The notes under the pieces were generated by a model that saw nothing but the letters and a program-made list of their open reading frames with translations, did not search any database and had not been told where the DNA came from. Below, one piece after another: positions 1 through 12,554 of a stretch of 64,000 nucleotides of DNA (positions are counted from its first letter, which is position 1; each line of letters begins with the position of its first letter). The position numbers were made by a program, and so were the translations under genes. This DNA comes from Macrostomum hystrix (lineage: Eukaryota > Animalia > Platyhelminthes), in the NCBI GenBank assembly GCA_950097015.1, contig CATNEN010000032.1:1922001-1986000 (forward strand). The letters are read 5' to 3'.

Positions 1-2993
1 CGCCATCACAGAGGCCTACGAAATGGCTTGCCCGCTCAAAGCCTACAAAGGCAAAAAATCGGCCCCCTGGTGGAACCCCGAGCTCGGAGTCCTAAGACGC
101 CGAGCTAAGGCTCTCCAGAGGAAGCTGAAAACCTCGCACGACCCTGATGACAAAGAGGCCTATACTCGCGCCATCCATGAGTTTAAGGGCCGGGTCAGAA
201 GGGCAAAAGCGGACAAGTGGCGACAATACTGCGAAGGGCTTGAGGGCTCGCGGCCCACGGCCCGCGTGGTAAAGGCGCTCACCAACGACCGCTTCTCCAA
301 GCTCTCATCGATTAAAAAGCCGGACGGCTCGATCACTGAGCGCCCGGAGGAAACGCTCGAGCTTATGCTAGGGCATTTCTTCCCGAGTGTACCGGCGCAC
401 TTCGGCCCAGACGACCACTCGCGTGGAGGTCAGGGCCTGGCTCAGTCACTCGTTACGAATGACCGCATCGTTCGCGCGGCTAAGTCATTCAATCCTTTTA
501 AAGCACCTGGGCCAGATGGTATATATCCGGCCTTTCTGCATGAAGCGGTTAAAAATGGCCGCTTCCTCCATCTCCTCTGCAGACTTCTACGGGCCTGCAT
601 CGTGCTGGGCTACGTACCAGCGCGGTGGCATGAAGCCCGGGTCGTCTTCATCCCGAAGCCCGCCAAAGGCGACTATCGCTCGGTCAAGTCTTATCGCCCG
701 ATAAGCTTGACTTCCACCTGCCTCAAGCTCATGGAAAGACTGGTGCTCTGGCGCCTTCTTACTGTAGAGCTAGGGCGGGCCCCGCTCTCACCAAACCAGC
801 ACGCCTTTCGGGCGGGCCGGTCCACGGAGAGCGCCCTCCACTGCATTGTGGAGACTCTCGAGAAGGCAGTGCTGGGCAGCGGTTTTGCCCTGGCTGTTTT
901 CCTTGATATTGAGGGGGCCTTCGATAACGTTATTTTCGAAGCCTTTGAGAAGGCCCTGGTTTCCAGGGCCACTCACCCCCACCTCGTCCGTTGGGTCATG
1001 TACATGATCCGGAATCGCCACGTGGTGGCCCACCTCGAAGGCAGGGTGCTCTCGGCACCTGTCCTAAAAGGAGGGCCCCAAGGTGGCGTCCTCACCCCAC
1101 TGCTGTGGAATCTCGTCATGGATGAGCTGCTAAAAAGCACTCGGCCTGACCCAGTCCTGAAGGTGGGATATGCCGACGATGTGACCGCCATCTGCGCGGG
1201 CCCCTCGGCGGAAACCACCAGGGACCTCATTCAGGGCTTTATCAACAGGGCGGTGCGCTGGGCGGACCAATGCGGGCTCCGACTCTCTGAGTCCAAGACC
1301 GTTGCGGTTATGTTTACCAGCAGGCTGCGCTGGACCATTGAGCCTCTGACTCTCTATGGCAAGAATATTGCCATGGAAAAGCAGGTCCGGTGCCTTGGTA
1401 TCCTGCTAGACCATAGGCTTAACTGGACCCCGCACATTACCACAAAGGCCAAGAGGGCCCTGGCCATTCTGGCGCAAGTCAGGCGAGCCGTGGGCACCAC
1501 TTGGGGGCTAACCCCCAAAAACCTTTGGTGGATTTACACGGCGATCATTAGACCGTCAGTCGCTTACGCTGGCCTCATCTGGGCCAGTGCCATGAGCATC
1601 CAGAAAAACCTGGAGGCGCTTTATAGGGTGCAGGGCAGAGCCTGTCGCATGACGCTGGGCGCCCCACCCTCCACTCCCTTTGAAGGCATGAACGCTTTCC
1701 TCAACGCTACACCCATTGACATTTTTGTTAAGGGGGAAGCGGCAAAGTCCACCCGTCGTCTCCTTGATGCGGGTGTATCCTTCCAGAATTCGCGAGCCTT
1801 CTCGAAGCGCTCCCTTCTGCCCCACTCTGACCTCTGCCTGAAAACTCTGGGCGAGTGCGGAGGGCTCACCATCCTTTCGGACGGGGCCCCGGCCACTTTA
1901 CTCCGGAGCCACAGGTACAAAGTCAGCATCTTCCCTCGTAATGAGGTAAAGGACTGCTGGGATGACCCCGCAGTCCACTGTTACACTGACGGCTCCCTGA
2001 TGAACGGTAAATCGGGATTCGGGGTGTGCGTCGCCTCGGGTGGCGAGGTCCTCTGGACCCACTCCCAACACTGTGGCAAGAGCTCAAGCGTTTTCCAAAA
2101 CGAAATGCTCGCCATCAGCTTCTGTGCGGCTGAGCTGCGCCAGAGGCAGCTGGCTGGTCGGAGGATCTTTTTTCACTCCGACAGTCAAGCAGCCCTTAAG
2201 GCCCTCAGTCGCTGCACCTCTCGCTCCAGAACCACCTTGGACTGCAACACCCAGTTAAACGGTTTGGCGCAGTCTAACAAGGTGGAGCTGATGTGGATCC
2301 CTGGGCACGCCGGGCTCACAGGGAATGAGATGGCGGACGAGCTTGCAAAGGCTGGAGCAGCCAGCTCCCTGATGGGCCCGGGCCCGGAATCCCCGATCCC
2401 CGCCTCCGTTGTCAACTCCAGCATCAACCACTGGATGGAGACCCAGCACCGGAGGAGGTGGTCCAGCACCCTGAACTGTCGCCAGTCCAGGGCTGCGGTG
2501 CCAACCCCCTCTAGTAACCTGCGTAAGGCCTTACTCAGGCTAAACCGCAGAGACCTGAGAGCAGTCACCATGGCCCTTTCGGGACATGGCTGCTTCACCA
2601 GACACCGCTACCTCCAAGGCCACGTGCCTGAGGAAACGTGTCCTTTCTGCTGCTCCGGCCGTGAAAACGCCGAGCATTTCATTTGCCACTGCCCGGCCTT
2701 CACCCGGGCTAGGCTAAAACACCTCGGGCCGGCACCGACTCTTGCCGAAGCCTGCTCGCCCGAGAACATCCCTCAGCTCGCCCACTTCCTCCGGGATACC
2801 GGCCGAGCTGATTTCTTCCCAGCCTATGGCGAGGAAGATCGCGCGGCGGAACCGACCGACGGACCACCCTGAGCGGCACCGCCTCGCTGGAGGCCGTCTG
2901 GCTGCCAGGGGTTAGCGATATGGGCGGCAACAGCCGCCTCCTCGCTGCGTCCGTCATGGAGGCCCCCTGCCGCTAAGTCAAGTAAGTCAAGTC
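1..2993 (+). mobile_element. Non-LTR retrotransposon, I-group (R1/LOA-like), 3' part; 5' end lies outside the window
   Basis: RT-RNase H-zinc finger ORF, then a ~100 nt GC-rich 3' UTR and a short tandem tail TAAGTCAAG-TAAGTCAAG-TCA (2974-2993). Confidence 0.93.
2..2872 (+). CDS. ORF2/pol of non-LTR element: RT + RNase H + C-terminal CCHC-type finger (open at left edge)
   Basis: Motifs [45 protein letters not shown]. RNase H: [25 protein letters not shown]-terminal CPFC..E..EHFICHC. No stops. Confidence 0.95.
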   Translation, partial: AITEAYEMACPLKAYKGKKSAPWWNPELGVLRRRAKALQRKLKTSHDPDDKEAYTRAIHEFKGRVRRAKADKWRQYCEGLEGSRPTARVVKALTNDRFSKLSSIKKPDGSITERPEETLELMLGHFFPSVPAHFGPDDHSRGGQGLAQSLVTNDRIVRAAKSFNPFKAPGPDGIYPAFLHEAVKNGRFLHLLCRLLRACIVLGYVPARWHEARVVFIPKPAKGDYRSVKSYRPISLTSTCLKLMERLVLWRLLTVELGRAPLSPNQHAFRAGRSTESALHCIVETLEKAVLGSGFALAVFLDIEGAFDNVIFEAFEKALVSRATHPHLVRWVMYMIRNRHVVAHLEGRVLSAPVLKGGPQGGVLTPLLWNLVMDELLKSTRPDPVLKVGYADDVTAICAGPSAETTRDLIQGFINRAVRWADQCGLRLSESKTVAVMFTSRLRWTIEPLTLYGKNIAMEKQVRCLGILLDHRLNWTPHITTKAKRALAILAQVRRAVGTTWGLTPKNLWWIYTAIIRPSVAYAGLIWASAMSIQKNLEALYRVQGRACRMTLGAPPSTPFEGMNAFLNATPIDIFVKGEAAKSTRRLLDAGVSFQNSRAFSKRSLLPHSDLCLKTLGECGGLTILSDGAPATLLRSHRYKVSIFPRNEVKDCWDDPAVHCYTDGSLMNGKSGFGVCVASGGEVLWTHSQHCGKSSSVFQNEMLAISFCAAELRQRQLAGRRIFFHSDSQAALKALSRCTSRSRTTLDCNTQLNGLAQSNKVELMWIPGHAGLTGNEMADELAKAGAASSLMGPGPESPIPASVVNSSINHWMETQHRRRWSSTLNCRQSRAAVPTPSSNLRKALLRLNRRDLRAVTMALSGHGCFTRHRYLQGHVPEETCPFCCSGRENAEHFICHCPAFTRARLKHLGPAPTLAEACSPENIPQLAHFLRDTGRADFFPAYGEEDRAAEPTDGPP

Positions 2994-3253
2994 ATCTAGG
3001 CACAACATTGATAGATATCTAAGCACAACATTGATAGATATCTAGGCACAACATGATAGATATCTAGGCACAACATTGATAGACATCTAGGCACAACATT
3101 GATAGATATCTAAGCACAACATTGATAGATATCTAGGCACAACATTGATAGATATCTAGGCACAACATTGATAGATATCTAGGCACAACATGATAGATAT
3201 CTAAGCACAACATTGATAGATATGTAGGCACAACATTGATAGATATCTAGGCA
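2994..3253. repeat. 23-bp minisatellite (TCTAGGCACAACATTGATAGATA) x ~11
   Basis: Tandem copies begin immediately after the retrotransposon tail. Confidence 0.95.
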
Positions 3254-3647
3254 TGACACTTTGTAAGGTTTTTTGGGTACAATTAACTAGTAAAAATAAG
3301 CGCTTTTGATTAGCTACTGTCGAAGCAAAAATTTGTTAACTTTATTAATTTTCTCTCTCTGAGAAAATAATATAAGATTTTTTCGAGGGCAGCTGCCATT
3401 GCCTGCGTTTTTAGCAGGACAGCTAACATTTATTCTATATTTTGAAAGCATAATATTTAGAAGGAAGACCTGAAACTAAAGTCTACAGCGCTAGATACCA
3501 ATGGATAGCAGCATCAGATATTAAGGGAATATCTTAAACATATAAAATTAGATTTACAGAACTAAAGAAGAGATTTCCACGAGATAACATAATACTTTAA
3601 GGGAATAGCCATTTTTTAAGAGGATAGAATGCCTTATTGAGGGGGTA

Positions 3648-6325
3648 GCATGAGTTATCGACGGAATAGAATGAATTATCGACGGAATAGAATGAATTAT
3701 CGACGGAATAGAACGAAATATCGACGGAATAGAATGAAATATCGGCGGAATAGAATGAAATATCGACTGAATAGAATGAAATATCGACGGAATAGAATGA
3801 ATTATCGACGGAATAGAATGAATTATCGACGGAATAGAATGAAATATCGACGGAATAGAATGAATTATCGACGGAATAGAACGAATTATCGACGGAATAG
3901 AATGAATTATCGACGGAATAGAACGAATTATCGACGGAATAGAATGAATTATCGACGGAATAGAACGAATTATCGACGGAATAGAATGAAATATCGACGG
4001 AATAGAATGAATTATCGACGGAATAGAACGAATTATCGACGGAATAGAATGAATTATCGACGGAATAGAACGAATTATCGACGGAATAGAATGAATTATC
4101 GACGGAATAGAACGAATTATCGGCGGAATAGAATGAATTATCGACGGAATAGAACGAATTATTGACGGAATAGAATGAAATATCGACGGAATAGAATGAA
4201 ATATCGACGGAATAGAATGAATTATCGACGGAATAGAATGAAATATCGACGGAATAGAATGAATTATCGACGGAATAGAATGAAATATCGACGGAATAGA
4301 ATGAAATATCGACGGAATAGAATGAAATATCGACGGAATAGAATGAATTATCGACGGAATAGAATGAAATATCGACGGAATAGAATGAATTATCGACGGA
4401 ATAGAATGAATTATCGACGGAATAGAACGAATTATCGACGGAATAGAATGAATTATCGACGGAATAGAACGAATTATCGACGGAATAGAACGAATTATCG
4501 ACGGAATAGAATGAATTATCGACGGAATAGAACGAATTATCGACAGAATAGAACGAATTATCGGCGGAAAAGAATGAAATATCGACGGAAAAGAATGAAT
4601 TATCGACGGAATAGAACGAATTATTGACTGAATAGAATGAAATATCGACGGAATAGAATGAATTATCGACGGAATAGAACGAATTATTGACGGAATAGAA
4701 CGAATTATCGACTGAATAGAATGAAATATCGACGGAATAGAATGAATTATCGACGGAATAGAATGAATTATCGACGGAATAGAACGAATTATTGACGGAA
4801 TAGAACGAATTATCGACGGAATAGAATGAATTATCGACGGAATAGAACGAATTATCGACGGAATAGAATGAATTATCGACGGAATAGAATGAAATATCGA
4901 CGGAATAGAATGAATTATCGACGGAATAGAACGAATTATCGACGGAATACAATGAATTATCGACGGAATAGAATGAAATATCGACGGAATAGAATGAAAT
5001 ATCGACGGAATAGAATGAATTATCGACGGAATAGAATGAAATATCGACGGAATAGAATGAAATATCGACGGAATGGAATGAATTATCGACGGAATAGAAT
5101 GAATTATCGACGGAATAGAATGAATTATCGACGGAATAGAATGAAATATCGACGGAATAGAATGAAATATCGACGGAATAGAATGAATTATCGACGGAAT
5201 AGAATGAAATATCGACGGAATAGAATGAAATATCGACGGAATGGAATGAATTATCGACGGAATAGAATGAATTATCGACGGAATAGAATGAATTATCGAC
5301 GGAATAGAATGAAATATCGACGGAATAGAATGAATTATCGACGGAATAGAATGAAATATCGACGGAATAGAATGAAATATCGACGGAATGGAATGAATTA
5401 TCGACGGAATAGAATGAATTATCGACGGAATAGAATGAATTATCGACGGAATAGAATGAAATATCGACGGAATAGAATGAATTATCGACGGAATAGAATG
5501 AATTATCGACGGAATAGAATGAATTATCGACGGAATAGAATGAAATATCGACGGAATAGAATGAAATATCGACGGAATAGAATGAATTATCGACGGAATA
5601 GAATGAAATATCGACGAAATAGAATGAATTATCGACGGAATAGAACGAATTATCGACGGAATAGAATGAATTATCGACGGAATAGAACGAATTATCGACG
5701 GAATAGAACGAATTATCGACGGAATAAAATGAATTATCGACGGAATAGAACGAATTATCGACGGAATAGAATGAATTATCGACGGAATAGAACGAATTAT
5801 CGACGGAATAGAACGAATTATCGACGGAATAGAATGAATTATCGACGGAATAGAACGAATTATCGACGGAATAGAATGAAATATCGACGGAATAGAATGA
5901 ATTATCGACGGAATAGAATGAATTATCGACGGAATAGAATGAATTATCGACTGAATAGAATGAAATATCGACGGAATAGAATGAATTATCGACGGAATAG
6001 AACGAATTATCGACGGAATAGAATGAATTATCGACGGAATAGAATGAATTATCGACGGAATAGAATGAAATATCGACGGAATAGAATGAATTATCGACGG
6101 AATAGAATGAAATATCGACGGAATAGAACGAATTATCGACGGAATAGAACGAATTATTGACGGAATAGAACGAATTATCGACGGAATAGAATGAAATATC
6201 GACGGAATAGAATGAAATATCGACGGAATAGAATGAATTATCGACGGAATAGAATGAATTATCGACGGAATAGAATGAATTATCGACGGAATAGAATGAA
6301 TTATCGACGGGATAGAATGAATTAT
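3648..6325. repeat. 21-bp minisatellite (GACGGAATAGAATGAATTATC) x ~127
   Basis: Directly visible. It accounts for the long repetitive ORFs in the track (YRRNRMN, SIIHSIP, VDNSFYS). Confidence 0.97.
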
Positions 6326-6329
6326 AGAA

Positions 6330-7105
6330 AAGAAAAGCATAAATTTTCGAGGGGAAGCATAGATTATCGTCGGAAAGCATGGATTATCGAGGGAAAGCAT
6401 GGATTATCGAGGGAAAGCATGGATTATCGAGGGAAGGCATGGATTATCGAGGGGAAGCATGAATTTTCGAGGGAAAGCATGGATTATCGAGGGAAAGCAT
6501 GGATTATCGAGGGAAGGCATGGATTATCGAGGGGAAGCATGAATATTTGAGGGAAAGCATGAATTATCGAGGGAAGGCATGGATTATCGAGGGAAAGCAT
6601 GGATTATCGAGGGAAGGCATGGATTATCGAGGGGAAGCATGGATTATCGAGGGAAAGCATGAATTATTGCGGGGAAAGCATGAATTATCGAGGGAAGGCA
6701 TGGATTATCGAGGGAAAGCATGGATTATCGAGGGAAAGCATGGATTATCGAGGGAAGGCATGGATTATCGAGGGGAAGCATGAATATTCGAGGGAAAGCA
6801 TGGATTATCGAGGGAAAGCATGGATTATCGAGGGAAGGCATGGATTATCGAGGGGAAGCATGAATATTTGAGGGAAAGCATGAATTATCGAGGGAAGGCA
6901 TGGATTATCGAGGGAAGGCATGGATTATCGAGGGGAAGCATGAATATTTGAGGGAAAGCATGAATTATCGAGGGAAGGCATGGATTATCGAGGGGAAGCA
7001 TGAATATTCGAGGGAAAGCATGAATTATTGCGGGGAAAGCATGAATTATCGAGGCGAAAACATAAACTTTCAGGGGGAGCCTGATTTATCGAGGGGAAAG
7101 CATTA
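6330..7105. repeat. 20-21 bp minisatellite (GAGGGAAAGCATGGATTATC), homologous to the adjacent 21-mer
   Basis: Tandem copies; aligns to the 21-mer with 3 substitutions and 1 indel. Confidence 0.93.
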
Positions 7106-7465
7106 ATTAGAGGCTTAGCATGATTTATAAGCGATAAAAGTTATTTTGACATACTCAAGAACTTTCGTAATTGCACAACTAATCTCCATGTAGGTTTAAG
7201 CTTCCGAAAGGGGTGCATAGTTGCTAGTGATTATGCCAATAGACAGCTTTTTCATCAGCACGATCAATTCCTGTTTTTCATCATCGTTAAACATTTGCAA
7301 AGATGTAATTATAGGCCTTGACCTTAAAAGTATGCAGATCTGAGAACGTGAGAATTGTTGAGAAAAGCTTCACCGTGAATAGGGTGACAAAACAATTGTC
7401 TCCATGGCAACGCTACAGAATATTTTCCAATATTTTCTATTCGTTTTTCTCATTCGGAAGATTTA

Positions 7466-8236
7466 TGCGTTCTACCCCCTCTCTCTCCCTCACCTCGCAT
7501 TCTACCCCCTCTCTCTCCCTCACCTCGCATTCTACCCCCTCTCTCTCCCTCACCTCGCATTCTACCCCCTCTCTCCCTCAACTCGCATTCTACCCCCTCT
7601 CTCTCCCTCACCTCGCATTCTACCCCCTCTCTCTCTCCCTCACCTCGCATTCTACCCCCTTCCCTCTCCCTCACCTCGCATTCTACCCCCTCTCTCTCTC
7701 CCTCACCTCGCATTCTACCCCCTCTCTCCCTCAGTCGCATTCTACCCCCTCTCTCCCTCAGTCGCATTCTATCCCTTCCCTCTCCCTCACCTCGCATTCT
7801 ACCCCCTCTCTCTACCTCACCTCGCATTCTACCCCCTCTCTCTCCCTCACCTCGCATTCTACCCCCTCTCTCCCTCAACTCGCATTCTACCCCCTCTCTC
7901 TCCCTCACCTCGCATTCTACCCCCTCTCTCCCTCAGTCGCATTCTACCCCCTCTCTCCCTCAGTCGCATTCTACCCCCTCTCTCTACCTCACCTCGCATT
8001 CTACCCCCTCTCTCTACCTCACCTCGCATTCTACCCCCTCTCTCCCTCAACTTGCATTCTACCCCCCTCTCTCCCCCAGTCGCATTCTACCCCCTCTCTC
8101 CCCCAGTCGCATTCTACCCCCTCTTTCCCCCAGTCGCATTCTACCCCCCTCTTTCCCCCAGTCGCATTCTACCCCTCTCTCTCCATCACCTCGCATTCTA
8201 CCCCCTCTCTCTCCCTCACCTCGCATTCTACCCCAG
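7466..8236. repeat. ~30-bp pyrimidine-rich minisatellite (CACCTCGCATTCTACCCCCTCTCTCTCCCT)
   Basis: Tandem copies with a variable CT tract. Confidence 0.95.
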
Positions 8237-8984
8237 ACCGCTTCGCTCGTAGTTTGCGCTGACCTCCAAACACGGTTAAGCTTTTGTTTCCCAGTTTCCC
8301 AGCGCATGTCATCCCTAAGCTATTTTTCTAAATTCTCATATTATGGTTTTTACAATTATTGCCTTGCTCATGTAAATTATGTAAATGTAATGCCGGAAAT
8401 CCAATGGGATCATTTTCCCTAATCTATTGTTTAACTTCTCCTTGCGTGCTGAGAAAAATTTCACTGCATCAAAAGCCGCGCAGTTAATTCTAGTCTGTCA
8501 GCATTGTCTGACAGCTCATGTCAGCCCGTTTCCTCTCGATCTGGATGCTGAGATCGCTTGCTGAAGCTAACATGCAGCTCTTATTTACCTGTCTCCTTGT
8601 CTTTTCAATTTCGCTTATCCGCTGTCTTGTCAAGCATGCTTGAGCACAGAAGTTGTTTTATTTTTTTCCCGCAATCTACAGATGGAGCTCATAATTGCGG
8701 AACCGCACGCGGAGGTTTGACAAGCGAAATCCACCACCTCGTCAGCTCATTTTGATAATGCGAAGGTCGTATTATTCGTGAATCTGTAACGTGTAAGTCA
8801 TATTACCCCATGATTCTGTAATTTGTAACCCTGATTCTGTAGTCATATTGCATCGGATTCTGTCATGTGTAAGTCGAATAACAAGAATAAGATTTACAGG
8901 AAGTCTGCGGACACCGCTGACCCGTGAGCACACACGCACACAGATACCGTACGCAGGCACACGCTCACACAGGTGTGTACATCT

Positions 8985-9184
8985 GCCCTGACTTTCTCAT
9001 CGTCAGGCAGTGTACACTTCACTGTGCCTTGGAGGTTGGCCCCCAAGGGCGTAAATTGCGCGACAAGCCCCCAAGCCTTCTCTACGCGGCTGCGCCCTAA
9101 ATGAACGCGGCCTCGCCGCGGAATCGAGCTCAGGGACCTCGGTCACACAGAGAGGGAAACGCGTTAGCCACCACTTTGCCACTC
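8985..9184 (-). mobile_element. tRNA-derived SINE-like element
   Basis: Minus strand: A box TGGCAAAGTGG and B-box-like GAGCTCGATTCC. Shares body motifs (GCGCAATTTACGC; AGGCACAGT..AAGTGTACAC) with the element at 41381-41545. 3' end uncertain. Confidence 0.6.
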
Positions 9185-9689
9185 ACATCATGTCTATCTG
9201 TCTGATTCTGTCTGAAAAGTGTTTTGTAATTATTTTATAGTGTTATATGCTCAATCAGGCCGAGTACGATTTAGAAGATTACGAAATTGTTTGATGAAAG
9301 CGTGGATTTTGGGGGATTAAAAGGGCTTCAGCGCAGTAGAATAGAAATTTCCCGTCAGGTGCTTCTCGCTGAAAAAAACAACACATCCACTCCGTGCAAC
9401 AACAAGTTGTTTTGGACACGTTTTTAGGCAATCCTTTTAGATCCTACAGTGTAAAATGCCTTCAAACTCATTTTACGCATTGGCCTCAGGGCATCAGATT
9501 AGTGATTGCTTCATCAACGTCACAGGTATATTAATTTAGGAAATTGTCACTAAATCAGCTAAAGTCTATTGGCTAGCTGAATTTTCCATCCAGTGACAAG
9601 CCGCCGTAGTGGGGTGGGCGGGTCAGGCCAGCTGTGTGTGAGCGGCTTCTTAAGCAAACTGGGCTGCAGTCGGAGTCGGTCGCGCCACC

Positions 9690-9753
9690 CCCCCGACTGT
9701 CCTGATCAACACCAACCTGGCGCGTCTATTGAAAGCTCGAGCAAAAGGTGAGT
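9690..9753 (+). promoter_or_regulatory. Putative non-coding first exon and 5' splice donor of the secreted-protein gene
   Basis: AAAAG|GTGAGT donor at 9747/9748 after a GC-rich stretch; matching acceptor TTTTCAG| at 10153, 30 nt before ATG 10183. Exon start is approximate. Confidence 0.45.
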
Positions 9754-10182
9754 TTTAGGAGACGAAATTTCTGTATTATTTCTTTTCAATTTAATTTTTC
9801 CAAAATTTTATCTTCTAAAAGCTATCGAAGCTGGAAAAAAGTGTGAAACAGGGCAAGGTTAGGTAATTTTGTCTCAGTCCATGAAACAGGACTCCGGCAG
9901 TGGGAGCGGGAGAGAGAAAACTGATACTGCGGGTTCCATTGTGCCCTGGGAAAAATGGAACCCCAGTTGAACGGCCTCTCAGCTAAAGTGGAAACTGAAG
10001 AAGTTGGAATTGCGGGCGGCAGCTGCTTTTGGGAGAAGTGTCGGAAAATGCGACACTGAAGCTCCCCGGAGGCGCCTAAGCAGTTTTCCAATGCCAGATG
10101 AAATGAGGATCTGCCACACGAATCCTTTTTGAAACAATTTGCAGAATTTTCAGTAGCTCCAGCCGAATCGAAGATTGAAAAG

Positions 10183-10843
10183 ATGCATCAGGAAACTCTG
10201 CTGCTTCTGGTCTGCGGCCTTCTCTTTGTCGGTCTGAGCTTCGGAATGCCTGGTAAAAATAAATTCTATCTATCTATAATTGTCAATAAATCAGCGAGTC
10301 AATCGATTTATCGATTTTCCCCGCAGGTGTTGCATCCGCCGCCGAGGGCGACGCCGACGCGTCCGAGCAGCACGACCTGATTCGCTCGAAGAAAGGCTTC
10401 CACTTCTTCCGCCTTCGCCGCGGCCACCAGCCTAATAAGGTGTGCGGCGTCGCCCGGAATTTGGCAGACGCTGTTTCGACATTGGTGGTGAGAACAGCGG
10501 AGGGACTGCTGGGGTGGGCGGCAATTCTCTTGGATTCCGTTGAAAAGGCATTACAGAACCGAGAGCCGAGTCTGAATGTTGAAGAAGGAATGTTAATGAT
10601 TAATTTAATGAGCTGCTTAAATTTCACAGCAGCAGCAGCAGCAGCAGCAGTGTGGAAGAAACTGAAGTGGAGGGGAGGAATTTGAGAAAAATTTCAGTTA
10701 CCATCGGCTACAAGCTCCGCCCCGCCATCCAAGCCGTCAATGCCCTCCTCCTCTTGCAGCGCGCAGCCCGAGAGGGCCGACTCTGCAAGAGCGACCGCGC
10801 CTTCTTGCAGGAATTCCTGCGCACCAGCGAGCTGCTGCAGTGA
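10183..10843 (+). CDS. Secreted prepro-protein, copy A (signal peptide, acidic pro-region, RSKK site, cationic/amphipathic segment); 3 exons
   Basis: Exon 1 10183-10252 MHQETLLLLVCGLLFVGLSFGMP, phase-1 GT-AG intron. Exon 2 from 10327 GVASAAEGDADASEQHDLIRSKK/GFHFFRLRRGHQPNKVCGVARNLADAVSTLV... Exon 3 is GC3-rich, ...GYKLRPAIQAVNALLLLQRAAREGRLCKSDRAFLQEFLRTSELLQ*. The exon 2/3 junction is unresolved. Confidence 0.72.
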
Positions 10844-11580
10844 CGGGGAGTTGCCACCGCTGCGGAAGGAAGGAAGCGGGACCCACCGCGAGACTTTGCC
10901 GGACAATAATTAACTGTTCTAATTCTTCTCTTCTCTTTTCTATAGAAGGCCTTCTGTGCGCATAGAAACACCACTTAGTGATACAATGACGCTTAAACTA
11001 ATATATTCTTAGGTTACAAATATAACAATAATCTCCACCGAGCAAGCGGAAGCTTTCTGATATGTGGCTACAAGCAAGCAGCATTGAATTGCAAGCTAGT
11101 TGGACTCCTTCAGTGTTCATATTTTTACCTTTCAAAGCGAAACTGTTTGGAACAAGCTCAATTTGATGCAGTTTTATTGTTAAAAGGGCGGCTGTTGGCT
11201 TAACTCCCAGAGCATTGCTGACTTGCTTTTACGCCCTTTAACTCGGCGCAGACGGTTGAAAACTAGATTTCGAGTTAGTACGAGCTAATTTATGCATGGA
11301 TAAAATCCATGGATCAAGTCAACAAGCGGACAGTGCATGAGTCCGCGGGTTTACAGCTAGTTGTACACGAGTACAACAGGAGAACTTAGCCGGATCGATA
11401 TCACTACTTAGAGGAATTGTGATGATTAAATTAGTCGTGTTAGAAATAGTTCACAACAAAAGTGACTTGACTGCTTCACAGAATTCGTCTGAGACTGGAG
11501 AAAAGCACTGTCAAGCACAGAAAAATTAAATCAATAAAACCGAACTCAATCATAACTCGCTTCAGTAATGAGAAGCGTGT

Positions 11581-12280
11581 CATCGCAGCATAAAGAATCT
11601 TCTCACCATCAGGAATCGCAGAAAGGAGAATCGTCTCACCATTAGGTATCGCAGCAAGGAAAATCATCTCACCATTAGGAATCGCAGCAAGGAGATTCAT
11701 CTCGCCATTAGGAATCGCAGAAAGGAGAATCGTCTCACCATTAGGAATCGCAGCAAAGAGAATCATCTCGCCATTAGGAATCGCAGAAAGGCGAATCATC
11801 TCGCCATTAGGAATCGCAGCAAGGAGAATCGTCTCACCATTAGGAATCGCAGAAAGGAGAATCGTCTCACATTAGGAATCGCAGCAAGGAGAATCGTCTC
11901 ACCATTAGGAATCGCAGTAAAGAGAATCGTCTCACCATTAGGAATGGTGAGAGGAGAATCGACTAACCATTAGGAATCGCAGCAAAGAGAATCGTCTCAT
12001 CATTAGGAATCGCAGCAAGGAGAATTGTCTCACCATCAGGAATCGCAGCAAGGAGAATCGTCTCATCATTAGGAATCGCAGCAAGGAGAATTGTCTCACC
12101 ATCAGGAATCGCAGCAAGGAGATTCATCTCGCCATTAGGAATCGCAGCAAGGAGATTCATCTCGCCATTAGGAATCGCAGAAAGGAGAATCGTCTCACCA
12201 TTAGGAATCGCAGCAAGGACAATCGTCTCACCATTAGGAATCGCAGCAAGGAGAATCGTCTCACAATAAGGAATCGCTGC
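11581..12280 (+). repeat. 33-bp minisatellite copy A (GAGAATCGTCTCACCATTAGGAATCGCAGCAAG; reads ENRLTIRNRSK)
   Basis: About 21 tandem units; two 1-bp deletions near 11870 and 11950. Confidence 0.95.
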
Positions 12281-12554
12281 AATTCTTCCTAAACAATAAA
12301 CAATGAATTTCCTAGAACTGCAAAATCTTCTCAGAACGTTTGCAAAAACTGACCTTTGGGTAATACTAGGTCGGCAATCGACACTTTCCATCTGCGCAAA
12401 GGTCCTAGTTTATTACCTTAGTGTTCTTCTTTTGTTTCTTATCATTTTTTCTCTCCAGCAGGCCCCTGGCAGAACCCGGCAACAAATCATGCTGAACTTT
12501 GTCCGAAACAACAAACGACAAATCGACACTAAAATAATTTAATGACAGTCATGA

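Noticed and set aside
3554-6400. 948-aa, 927-aa and YRRNRMN ORFs
   Set aside because: Triplet-multiple satellite. The plus frame is broken by CGA>TGA stops, variation is mostly nonsynonymous, and no supporting splice signals were found.
8990-9012. Hammerhead-like CTGACGA...GAAA on the minus strand within the SINE
   Set aside because: Only 3 nt for stem II and 1 nt for stem III; a simple hairpin explains the sequence.
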